Positions 17,738 through 25,077 of a DNA stretch of 40,645 nucleotides are shown here, in pieces. Source of the stretch: Bacillota bacterium (GTDB lineage: Bacteria > Bacillota > Bacilli > Tumebacillales > Effusibacillaceae). Position numbers and translations under genes: made by a program. The stretch spans positions 1 to 40,645 of the forward strand of contig JAGVBM010000338.1 of the NCBI GenBank assembly GCA_020059765.1, given 5' to 3'. The notes below the pieces were generated by a model. The model was not told the DNA's origin. It made no database searches and was given only the letters and a program-made list of their open reading frames with translations. Within the stretch, counting starts at the first letter, position 1. The number at the start of each line of letters is the position of its first letter.

Positions 17738-17983
17738 CTACGCCGTGCTGGCGGATGTTGCGGATTGATCATTATGTCCTGATACATCACAATTGGTTTC
17801 AAAAAAAATCGTCCAGCTACAACCAACAGCAGATGCGATCTTTTTTGCGGTCTTGACGCTTACAGAATTTCCGTTTTCAGCTTTGGTAAGAGTAGATCTC
17901 TCCACACCCGCCCTCTCGGCTAATTGTTCTTGGGTTAAATCCATCTCATTCCTAAGATCAATCAGCCATTGTCTCCGCTTCAT
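17738..17983 (-). CDS. Cro-like XRE HTH regulator
   Basis: LTQEQLAERAGVERSTLTKAENG; first gene of the leftward operon, divergent from the repressor. Confidence 0.88.
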   Translation of the reverse strand: MKRRQWLIDLRNEMDLTQEQLAERAGVERSTLTKAENGNSVSVKTAKKIASAVGCSWTIFFETNCDVSGHNDQSATSASTA

Positions 17984-18022
17984 AATTCACCACCTTCTTT
18001 CAAATAATAGATATGGTTATTT

Positions 18023-18118
18023 TGTTCTGTATAATCACATTATATTGTTCTGTTTTATCACAGTCAATGCTTTTTGATATTTATCAGCACAAATATTTTT
18101 TTGTGACGAAAAATCACA
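18023..18118. promoter_or_regulatory. Putative repressor operators (17-bp TGTnn-N7-TCACA)
   Basis: Sites at 18023, 18046, 18102 (TGTGA-N7-TCACA), degenerate 18075, plus 17775 inside cro; they overlap both promoters. Confidence 0.65.
18039..18067 (-). promoter_or_regulatory. SigA promoter of the early lytic (cro) operon
   Basis: TTGACT-17 bp-TATAAT on the minus strand. Confidence 0.85.
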
Positions 18119-18149
18119 TATAATAAACAAGCAAAGGGGGTAGTACGTA

Positions 18150-18503
18150 GTGAGTTTGGGGTCGAGGTTAAAAGAATACCGCCGAATAAAAAAGGTGACT
18201 CAGGAACAATTATCGAATGACCTGAAAATTAACAGATCAACCTACGCCAAATACGAAACAAATGAAAATGAGCCTGATCTCGATACAATACAGAAACTTG
18301 CTGACTATTTTAGTGTTTCCATTAATGATTTGGTGGGAAAAAAACCAGAGAGTAACGTCTATGAGCTGTCCAAACAAAAAACTGAATTCATCATCAGAGA
18401 GATTGTGAAAAAGTACAACTTGGATCTAACAGAGGAAGGAATCAAGGAGAAGCTCGAAGCGATCATAAAGCTAGTCGTCGATGATTATAAGAGAAATAAT
18501 TAG
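18150..18503 (+). CDS. CI/ImmR-like XRE repressor without a peptidase domain
   Basis: TQEQLSNDLKINRSTYAKYETNENEPD...LADYFSVS; 117 aa; TATAAT at 18119. Confidence 0.88.
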   Translation: MSLGSRLKEYRRIKKVTQEQLSNDLKINRSTYAKYETNENEPDLDTIQKLADYFSVSINDLVGKKPESNVYELSKQKTEFIIREIVKKYNLDLTEEGIKEKLEAIIKLVVDDYKRNN

Positions 18504-18587
18504 TTCGCGGAGTTGATCGGGGTTCAAGTTTGATAAGCATTCGGATGTCTCCATGATTTCACTGATTTTTGCCGAACATTCTGTCAT
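18471..18587 (-). CDS. 38-aa riboswitch-controlled peptide, convergent on the repressor (not in ORF track)
   Basis: AAAGGAGG RBS; MTECSAKISEIMETSECLSNLNPDQLRELIISLIIIDD. Confidence 0.55.
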   Translation of the reverse strand: MTECSAKISEIMETSECLSNLNPDQLRELIISLIIIDD

Positions 18588-18602
18588 TTATGTACATCCT
18601 CC

Positions 18603-18690
18603 TTTGGCAGTTGGCTGGCCTGTCCGAACTGGAGTTAGCCCCTTTAACTTTGCGTCCCTGCCTTTCGGCAGGTTTGCCTTTTGGTAAGTT
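18603..18690 (-). ncRNA. c-di-GMP-I (GEMM) riboswitch
   Basis: Minus strand AAAAGGCAAACCTGCCGAAAGGCAGGGACGCAAAGTTAAAGGGGCTAA...CAGCCAACTGCC: GCAAA bulge, GAAA tetraloop, GACGCAAAG junction, CTAA receptor. Confidence 0.88.
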
Positions 18691-18725
18691 TTGATTAAAA
18701 CTAAATATCACAAGAAGGTGTCTAT

Positions 18726-18974
18726 GTGGCTTTCAAAGTCGGTAGATGCCTGCTCCGGAAGCACCTGAGAGCAAGGGGTATGACGCAGCAAGATTTGGCG
18801 GATAGACTGGACATGCCTCGTTCGCAGATCTCCCAGTACAGCACGAACAGTCGAACCATGACATTGGAAACTGCAAAAACAATTGCTGCTGCTCTCAGAT
18901 GCGACATCGATGATCTGTACGAATGGATCGAGGTTCGGCCGACCAATCAGAGACGGGGCAGGCGCAATGAGTAG
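18726..18974 (+). CDS. XRE-family HTH protein
   Basis: MTQQDLADRLDMPRSQISQY...TIAAALRCDIDDLYEW; AAGGTG RBS. Confidence 0.85.
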   Translation: MAFKVGRCLLRKHLRARGMTQQDLADRLDMPRSQISQYSTNSRTMTLETAKTIAAALRCDIDDLYEWIEVRPTNQRRGRRNE

Positions 18975-19154
18975 GTGTTCCTACTCTCCGACGAATGTTA
19001 CTAGGTAGTTAACATTAAAAGCCACTGGCAAAATATTCTTTATTTATATTGTGGAATAAGTATAATACCGCTTGAATGAGTTTGCTAGTCCTAATTCATG
19101 TCGAAAATAGTCGAAAATACTGGTAATTTCGTCCAATCTGTCGGCTGTAATACG

Positions 19155-19183
19155 ATTATATGCGAACGTTTGTTCGTAGTCAA
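19155..19183 (-). promoter_or_regulatory. LexA-boxed leftward SigA promoter
   Basis: TTGACT-17 bp-TATAAT on minus strand with consensus-matching SOS box CGAACGTTTGTTCG (19163..19176) in the spacer. Confidence 0.82.
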
Positions 19184-19222
19184 CCGAATATTTTATGGTA
19201 TTTTTTGTATGGAGGGGTATAT

Positions 19223-20443
19223 ATGGCAAGCGTTCAAAGGCGAGGAAAAAATTCTTTTCTTTTGGTTGTTGAGGTTGGCTACGATGCGGACGGCAATCGG
19301 ATCAGACGGACAAAAACCGTGCACGTGAAGAAAAAGAGCGAAGCTGAGAAAGAGCTTGCAAAATTCGTGGCCGAGATCGAGGCCGGTGAGTATATCGCGC
19401 CAGAGAAAATGACGTTCCGATATTTCGCGGAAAATGAGTGGTTGAAAAAGTTTGCGGAAAAGAAATACTCTGCCAGGAACTTGAAAAATGAAATGAGCCG
19501 GTTGAACGCGCATATCCTTCCTGTTTTCGGGCACATGAAACTGGATCAGATCAAAACGATCCATATCGTGAACTTCATAAATGATCTCGAAAATGAAGGT
19601 CGAAAAGATGGGAGAGGCACACAATTGTCTGGTTCCACTCTATTGAACATCTATAAAACACTGGGTAGTATCCTTTTCAAAGCCACCGAATGGAGATTGA
19701 TACCTAAAAACCCGATGGAGGGCGTGGATCGTCCTAAAGTTCAGAAGAAGAAAATGAACTTTTACGATGAAAAAGAAGCGGCTGCCGTCATCAATGCACT
19801 CTATCAAGAGCCGGATACATGGCGGTTATTTTTTCTCGGTGCTATGTTGGGAGGATTTCGGCGCGGAGAGTTGCTTGCTTTGGAGTGGCCGGATGTGAAT
19901 TTCGAGGAAAATACCATCATGGTCAACAAAAGTATTTCGTTGACGGAAAACGGACAAGCCGTTGAAGGGAAGCCAAAAACAGAGGAGTCTGAAGGCATAG
20001 TGATTATGCCGGAATGGTATATGCAGGAGTTAAAAAGTTTTCACCTGACATGGGAAAAAGAAAAATCGGATGCCGGTGATGAATGGGAGGGTGGGAATAG
20101 GCAATTTATTTTTCATAACGGACTCGGCGAACCGTACTATTTCACGACACCAACATCGACTTGGAGAAAGTTCTTGCAACGTCATGGACTCAAACCGATT
20201 CGTCTGCACGATCTGAGGCACACTGCAGCTACATTGATCATCGAAGCAGGCATACAGGCGGGAGCAGATGCAAACATCACTCTAAAAGCCGTTCAGGAGC
20301 GTCTGCGACATACTAAGTATCAAACCACTGCAGATTTTTATGCGCACGTCTCTAAAAGAGCAAGCAAAGAGGTTGCGGCAGCACTTGATAAATTCAATCC
20401 GAAAAAATCCGTCAACAATTCGTCAACAAACGGAAAATCGTAG
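19223..20443 (+). CDS. int: Tyrosine integrase
   Basis: GFRRGELLAL, PKT, HDLRHT, RLRH...TADFYAH catalytic residues; GGAGGGG RBS. Confidence 0.95.
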   Translation: MASVQRRGKNSFLLVVEVGYDADGNRIRRTKTVHVKKKSEAEKELAKFVAEIEAGEYIAPEKMTFRYFAENEWLKKFAEKKYSARNLKNEMSRLNAHILPVFGHMKLDQIKTIHIVNFINDLENEGRKDGRGTQLSGSTLLNIYKTLGSILFKATEWRLIPKNPMEGVDRPKVQKKKMNFYDEKEAAAVINALYQEPDTWRLFFLGAMLGGFRRGELLALEWPDVNFEENTIMVNKSISLTENGQAVEGKPKTEESEGIVIMPEWYMQELKSFHLTWEKEKSDAGDEWEGGNRQFIFHNGLGEPYYFTTPTSTWRKFLQRHGLKPIRLHDLRHTAATLIIEAGIQAGADANITLKAVQERLRHTKYQTTADFYAHVSKRASKEVAAALDKFNPKKSVNNSSTNGKS

Positions 20444-20472
20444 ACATTCAGCCGTTCATACAAAAAAAGAAA

Positions 20473-20495
20473 AAACCTTGATTCCTCAAGGGTTT
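20473..20495 (-). terminator. Intrinsic terminator 3' of the tRNA fragment
   Basis: AAACCTTGA-TTCC-TCAAGGGTTT hairpin next to an A-run (U-run on minus strand). Confidence 0.6.
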
Positions 20496-20500
20496 AACGG

Positions 20501-20551
20501 TGGAGCGGGTGATGGGAATCGAACCCACGCCGCCAGCTTGGGAAGCTGGTG
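20501..20551 (-). other. attP core: 3' part of tRNA-Gly(CCC)
   Basis: Minus strand CCAGC-TTCCCAA-GCTGG anticodon arm, GGTTCGATTCC T-arm, acceptor strand ending CCA; D-arm and 5' acceptor strand absent. Confidence 0.88.
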
Positions 20552-20683
20552 AGGTACGTCTGTTTGCGGATGACAAAATCCGAATATCGTTGATATATCA
20601 GTGTTTTTAAGCTTTGTAATCTGGTGTAGTTTGCTCGTTTCGGATGGTTGTTGACGAATTCCGTCAACAGTTCGTCAACAGGA

Positions 20684-20938
20684 TCAATTTTTCTGCCTGC
20701 CTCCCGGCAATAATCTGAGATGCGTCATCGGCATATTTATCGCTTCCGCCGTCGCTCGATCCAGACTTTCACCAAGCGCTTGTACCCTTGTCTCCATGAT
20801 CATCCAGACCATTTTTCTTTTTGCATCGTCGATCGGGCAGCCCTCGCACGCCCAGTTATGAGTACATTCCGCGCAGTAGCCATCGAGCTCTTGCAGTACG
20901 GCTTCCATCTGTCGCGCCTTTTCTCTTACGTCTGACAC
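20684..20938 (-). CDS. Cys-rich hypothetical protein
   Basis: CAEC...CEGCPI; GTG start with GGGGTGG RBS. Confidence 0.65.
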   Translation of the reverse strand: MSDVREKARQMEAVLQELDGYCAECTHNWACEGCPIDDAKRKMVWMIMETRVQALGESLDRATAEAINMPMTHLRLLPGGRQKN

Positions 20939-21203
20939 GCTTACCACCCCTTTCTTCTGCATCGTTTCTTGGGGTCAGGAATACAATATCAGCAGGTTTG
21001 TTTTTCATGAGTCGGTGTTCCGTAGGGAACCCGGCTTTTTTCTGTTTCTGAAAAGTGCGTTCGGTGATCGGCCGGGGTCGGGTCCAGTAGAGGGATTCGA
21101 TGTTGTTCCAGGAGCCCATTGTCACCAGCTCCTGCTTGAAAAAAAGTTTCCGGCCAGATGGGTACTCCTCAACGATATACTTCACGGTCTGTTTGCTGTG
21201 CAT
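20856..21203 (-). CDS. Hypothetical protein
   Basis: ATG after GAGGTG; MHSKQTVKYIVEEYPSG...; 3' end overlaps the next gene. Confidence 0.55.
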   Translation of the reverse strand: MHSKQTVKYIVEEYPSGRKLFFKQELVTMGSWNNIESLYWTRPRPITERTFQKQKKAGFPTEHRLMKNKPADIVFLTPRNDAEERGGKRVRRKRKGATDGSRTARARWLLRGMYS

Positions 21204-21382
21204 CACTTCATCACCTCGACCGTAATCCGGACGTGCGTGTAGGGGATGACGTTTTGCAGCACGTGTTCGAGCCATGCGTCGATGAGTTCGTCTTTGACAA
21301 AGCGCTCATAAATGATCTCCGGCTCATCGATCCGCTCGTAGCTGTACGGGCCCTGCAACTGAAAGATAAACACCGGAATCAA
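21203..21382 (-). CDS. Hypothetical protein (59 aa)
   Basis: TTG start with GGAGGTG RBS: MIPVFIFQLQGPYSYE... Confidence 0.55.
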   Translation of the reverse strand: MIPVFIFQLQGPYSYERIDEPEIIYERFVKDELIDAWLEHVLQNVIPYTHVRITVEVMK

Positions 21383-21525
21383 AACCCAAACACCTCCCCG
21401 ATCATCTTCGGCAGCAGGTAAAACGTTGCCCATGCGACGAAGCCGACTGAAATGCCGATGCCAACGAGCGCCAGCAGATCTCCGGCGACTTTGGTCAACA
21501 ACCAGAGTTTCACCAGGTCTTTCAT
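21379..21525 (-). CDS. 48-aa membrane peptide (not in ORF track)
   Basis: MKDLVKLWLLTKVAGDLLALVGIGISVGFVAWATFYLLPKMIGEVFGF; AAAGGA RBS. Confidence 0.6.
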   Translation of the reverse strand: MKDLVKLWLLTKVAGDLLALVGIGISVGFVAWATFYLLPKMIGEVFGF

Positions 21526-21621
21526 TCGTACCATCCTTTCTGTTTGGGATGGTATATCTTATGCACGACATAGCATCTTTGATGACACTTTTTTATGCGT
21601 ATGAGACAAAAAAATTAGCCG

Positions 21622-21810
21622 CTATATTTGCGGCCAGATGTCGTATACGGAAAGTCCTAATGTTTTCGCTATAGAATACGCTTTATCAAGGGAAGGTACT
21701 TTCCCGTTTATGTATGAATGTATCGTGTTGCGGTTTACACCTGAGCGCTCTGCAAGCCATTTGATCATTATACCGCGGTCTTCCAGTATTTCCTTTAGTT
21801 TGCATTCCAC
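21622..21810 (-). CDS. Small XRE HTH regulator
   Basis: KLKEILEDRG...WLAERSGVNRNTI...PSLDKAYSIAKTLG. Confidence 0.82.
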   Translation of the reverse strand: MECKLKEILEDRGIMIKWLAERSGVNRNTIHSYINGKVPSLDKAYSIAKTLGLSVYDIWPQI

Positions 21811-21884
21811 ATCCCCCACCTCACCACGGATATTTCGGCAGCGGACTTGTCGAATCCTTTGGCGAAGCGTGGGAGGTTTTGGCG

Positions 21885-21912
21885 AAAAAAAAATCCCGCC
21901 CGAGGGCAGGAG
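21885..21912 (-). terminator. Intrinsic terminator
   Basis: TCCTGCCC-TC-GGGCGGGA followed by T8 on minus strand. Confidence 0.7.
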
Positions 21913-21919
21913 GCGTACT

Positions 21920-22681
21920 CTAGTTTGTCTGGATCTTACGTATAACTGGGTGTTCCCAGTAGTTCTCTGCGACCTTCGGGATACCGCTCCAAGAGAAGTT
22001 TTCCCAAACGATCTTTCCTCTCGTTTCAGACCCAAACTCCATCTTCATCACGTTATCATTTGAAGTCTTTCCATACGCATCTTGCAGTGGTAGCACGATA
22101 TTAAAAGCGACGGTCTTAATTTCTTTGTTGTCATTCAAAGCCTTTAACACATCGTAAGCATCCATCCACATACCTTGCTTGATCATTTTCTCGCTGAAAT
22201 TGTCTTGAGCGAACACACGGATGAGCAGGAACCCATTGTCCTTATTGAAGTTCAATTCCAGAATGCTGTCTTTTTTGTCATAAGAGTTAGTTTCACCGAA
22301 AGCCTTATGCACAGCCGTCTTTGCAGCATTTTCCGGTTTTTTGGCTTCGACATCCGTTTTTGCTTTCGCTTCTGCTTCAGCCTTCGCTTTTGCCTCAGCT
22401 TCCGCTTGGGCTTTTGCTTCTTCCTCAGCTTTCTTCTTATCCTGTTCCGCCTTCACAGCTGTGTCTACCGTTTGTATTTGATTTGTTTCAGGGGCAGTTG
22501 TTTGACTTGTTTTTTCTGGATCAGAAAAGATTACAAAAAGTGCGATGACAGCCCATGCCGAGACAAGTGCTCGCAATCCTTTTGATTTTGTTCGTTTCCA
22601 CAGCAGGAAAATACCTATGTACGGAGCGAAGATGCAAAGTAAAATGATGAACCATTTCCTTTGATGCCATTTTTCTTCCAT
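21920..22681 (-). CDS. Membrane-anchored surface protein (post-lysin moron)
   Basis: Two N-terminal TM segments, AEAEAKAK linker, globular C-terminal domain; own promoter and terminator. Confidence 0.8.
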   Translation of the reverse strand: MEEKWHQRKWFIILLCIFAPYIGIFLLWKRTKSKGLRALVSAWAVIALFVIFSDPEKTSQTTAPETNQIQTVDTAVKAEQDKKKAEEEAKAQAEAEAKAKAEAEAKAKTDVEAKKPENAAKTAVHKAFGETNSYDKKDSILELNFNKDNGFLLIRVFAQDNFSEKMIKQGMWMDAYDVLKALNDNKEIKTVAFNIVLPLQDAYGKTSNDNVMKMEFGSETRGKIVWENFSWSGIPKVAENYWEHPVIRKIQTN

Positions 22682-22749
22682 CAGTAATTCCCCCTTTCAA
22701 GGTTGCAATAAATAGTATTCTTCTCTTGGAAATAAAATCCTTCCCAAAC

Positions 22750-22777
22750 AAAAAAGCCCCGGCCGAAGCCGAGGCGA
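22750..22777 (-). terminator. Late-operon terminator after endolysin
   Basis: GCCTCGGC-TTCG-GCCGGGGC followed by T6. Confidence 0.8.
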
Positions 22778-22780
22778 GTG

Positions 22781-23884
22781 TCACTTTTCCACCATATTTT
22801 TGAGCACCGCACAAAGCGTGCCCATATCTATTATTTCAGCCGGATCGTGGTCACTGGTCAGGAAACCTTTTGACCTGGCCCAATCGACTGCTTCTTGTTT
22901 CCAGTCTGTTTGCACCTGCAGACTGCACATCTCTTTCCACATAGCGAGGATGGATTGACCGTATCCATCGCCAGGTACCGCCCATTTGCCGTTCAAGTCC
23001 TCCCAATTCGGTGCGCTTCCTCGCTTTCCAACCTGCGCCAAGAGATCAAAACGAGGATCCACAAGAACAATACCGGCAGGTAGAGTGTCAGTCGTTGCGT
23101 AGCCCCAAAGATGCTGAAACTGCGCTTCGATGCCTTGCTCTGGTGTTCTGAATGATGCACCGGCCGCACCTCCGTTTGTAGCCCCAAGTCCAGCGAAGTT
23201 GTTTTGTTCAGGCTTCACCTGTCCGCCGAAATGCCAAGCGCCGGTCTCTTTGATGGATTGGCAGAAAGCCAGGTCGCCGGTGATTCCATATTTCTCTCCT
23301 ATATCAAGGTAAAGCTGTGCATAATCAGGCGCGTTGGGATTCTTACGTTTCAGATATTCCCTCATCTGCGCGACTGTGGCTGTTGCCTGCCCAAAGATTG
23401 ATGTCTTTTCAGTGGCGCTACGATACTGCCCGTATTTCATTTCTTCCAGCGGGAAATTCTTCCCGGGGCATGCATTCGGCTGCCAGTGTTTGTGGCCATC
23501 GACCGCTTTCACATTTTTAAAAATGCCTTTCAAGTAGCCGATGAGCCAGATACCGGCATTGAACTGTTCGTCCGACATGGCAGTGTCTACATTCTCAAAG
23601 TCTCCCTGAAAGCCGATGTGTACCAAGTGGTCGTTGTGATTCAGGATACCGGCCCCCATATACGTACCGCGCCCGCGGTAGACCTCCCCTTTTTTGCTGA
23701 TCCAGTAGTTATACCCGATCCCGGACCAGCCCCGGGAGATATGCCACTGGTGAATGGTTTGAATATCTGCCGTAGGGTGCGCCATGTGATGCAGCGCAAT
23801 GCCATCTACACGATCCGGATCCAACCAGACGCGGAACTCATCGTTTGCCCAGGTGAGGTTGGGATTGAGAATCTGGTAGTTCAT
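22781..23884 (-). CDS. Endolysin: Amidase_2 plus GH73 glucosaminidase plus short C-terminal binding domain
   Basis: LHH...GWSGIGYN...GHK...CPG; then QSIKETG...QNNFAGLG...GKWA...YG. Confidence 0.9.
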   Translation of the reverse strand: MNYQILNPNLTWANDEFRVWLDPDRVDGIALHHMAHPTADIQTIHQWHISRGWSGIGYNYWISKKGEVYRGRGTYMGAGILNHNDHLVHIGFQGDFENVDTAMSDEQFNAGIWLIGYLKGIFKNVKAVDGHKHWQPNACPGKNFPLEEMKYGQYRSATEKTSIFGQATATVAQMREYLKRKNPNAPDYAQLYLDIGEKYGITGDLAFCQSIKETGAWHFGGQVKPEQNNFAGLGATNGGAAGASFRTPEQGIEAQFQHLWGYATTDTLPAGIVLVDPRFDLLAQVGKRGSAPNWEDLNGKWAVPGDGYGQSILAMWKEMCSLQVQTDWKQEAVDWARSKGFLTSDHDPAEIIDMGTLCAVLKNMVEK

Positions 23885-24357
23885 CTCGAATCATCTCCCG
23901 GTTGCCGCTGCATCGATCGCGACATTTTCGCTTTCAACTCGGATTCCACCGAATTGAAAATGAATTCTGGAATCCATTTCCCCCAACCGGCCCGGATTGA
24001 ATTTGCCGTGAAACTTTGCCACGTGTGATAGATCAGAGCTGTGACGATACCATAAAAGATAACCCCGGGAGTCCGAAAGGCAAGATCAAGCAGATTGGCA
24101 AATGCGGGCAGAGAAAGGATCACTACGGTTCGCAGAATACCCGCGATCCCATACTCCGAGGAATATGTCCCGTCTTTCCGCGCAGCTGCGATTCCTGACA
24201 TCCAATCATAACCGATAGCCGCGAGCAATACCGCCACAAACATGAGATGATCCGGCCCATACACCAATTCAATCACCCCGCCGAGTCCGCCTCCGATCAA
24301 TGCCGCCACCCCCGTTTCAATCCTGAATACATTGTCCAGATTCAAGTCTTTCAGCAC
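23881..24357 (-). CDS. Holin (phage holin 4 / TcdE-like)
   Basis: Several TM helices; DWMSGIAAA...SS..G..GI.R motif; coupled to endolysin. Confidence 0.85.
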   Translation of the reverse strand: MLKDLNLDNVFRIETGVAALIGGGLGGVIELVYGPDHLMFVAVLLAAIGYDWMSGIAAARKDGTYSSEYGIAGILRTVVILSLPAFANLLDLAFRTPGVIFYGIVTALIYHTWQSFTANSIRAGWGKWIPEFIFNSVESELKAKMSRSMQRQPGDDSR

Positions 24358-24399
24358 AAAAATCACTCTCCTCAGTTTTTTGGTGCAAAACAAAAAAGC

Positions 24400-24594
24400 C
24401 TACTCTAAAAGAGCGGCTCGTAAATCTTCAAGCAGTTGGTTCTTTTCAGCAGTTGTCATTTGTGCGACCGGCTTCGCTTGCTGAATTCGTTCCTTGGCCG
24501 TAAGCGGCCGGGAGAAGTTTACTGTCTGGCCTGTTCCCTTCGGATGGTTCTTTGGCTGCGTTCCGATCTCTGCATTGAGATGCCTCATAGTCAC
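24400..24594 (-). CDS. Small tail-associated hypothetical protein
   Basis: 64 aa, coupled to the upstream gene; followed by hairpin plus T-run at about 24391..24419. Confidence 0.6.
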   Translation of the reverse strand: MTMRHLNAEIGTQPKNHPKGTGQTVNFSRPLTAKERIQQAKPVAQMTTAEKNQLLEDLRAALLE

Positions 24595-25061
24595 ACCGCC
24601 TTCACTGATACTTGGTTCTGGCCGTACTTTGTAGTGGACTTCGCGATTATCACGATGTCACCCGGTACGGTCGCGGTCACTGGCAGCCGCGCCTGACCGT
24701 TTACGCAAATGACGGTCTGAATGAGGGTTCCTGATCCGTCACGGAATTCGATCGGCTCTGTGCTGGCCGGATCGTCGACCGTGGCCGTGATGGTTGCCGT
24801 ATCAATGCCGTTTGCGGTGATTTGCGGCTTATCTACTGTTACGGTAATGCGTTTGAACACGTTGACGGACTGGACGACTCCGTTGACGATGACGCCTTCC
24901 ACGCTACCCGCGGCAAGTATCTGCTGTACAAGCGGGTCGTTATCGTTGATCCGGAAAACGAGTTCGCCTGGCTGCGGGTCGTAGGGCACGCCGTCTGGAT
25001 AAAGCGAGTTCGTGCCGAAATCGGTGATTCTTTTACCTTGTTGATCAAAAATTATCAACAT
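24591..25061 (-). CDS. Tail-associated protein with C-terminal Ig-like (Big_1-type) domain
   Basis: VDKPQITANGIDTATITATV...NGQA...TATVPG. Confidence 0.7.
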   Translation of the reverse strand: MLIIFDQQGKRITDFGTNSLYPDGVPYDPQPGELVFRINDNDPLVQQILAAGSVEGVIVNGVVQSVNVFKRITVTVDKPQITANGIDTATITATVDDPASTEPIEFRDGSGTLIQTVICVNGQARLPVTATVPGDIVIIAKSTTKYGQNQVSVKAV

Positions 25062-25077
25062 TATTTTCACCATCCTT

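Larger units (their letters stand above)
20410..20680. repeat. attP arm-type integrase binding repeats CGTCAACA
   Basis: Copies at 20410, 20421, 20662, 20673 and inverted at 20649, flanking the tRNA-derived core. Confidence 0.8.

Noticed and set aside
18150-19223. Arbitrium (AimR/AimP) or ImmA protease module
   Set aside because: No TPR-size receptor, secreted pro-peptide or HExxH metalloprotease ORF in the immunity region
19044-19229. 61-aa minus-strand ORF as target of the SOS promoter
   Set aside because: It starts upstream of the promoter, spans it and lacks an RBS
20501-20575. Complete tRNA-Gly gene
   Set aside because: Only anticodon arm, T-arm and 3' acceptor strand are present; sequence beyond 20551 forms no D-arm or 5' acceptor strand, so it is an att core
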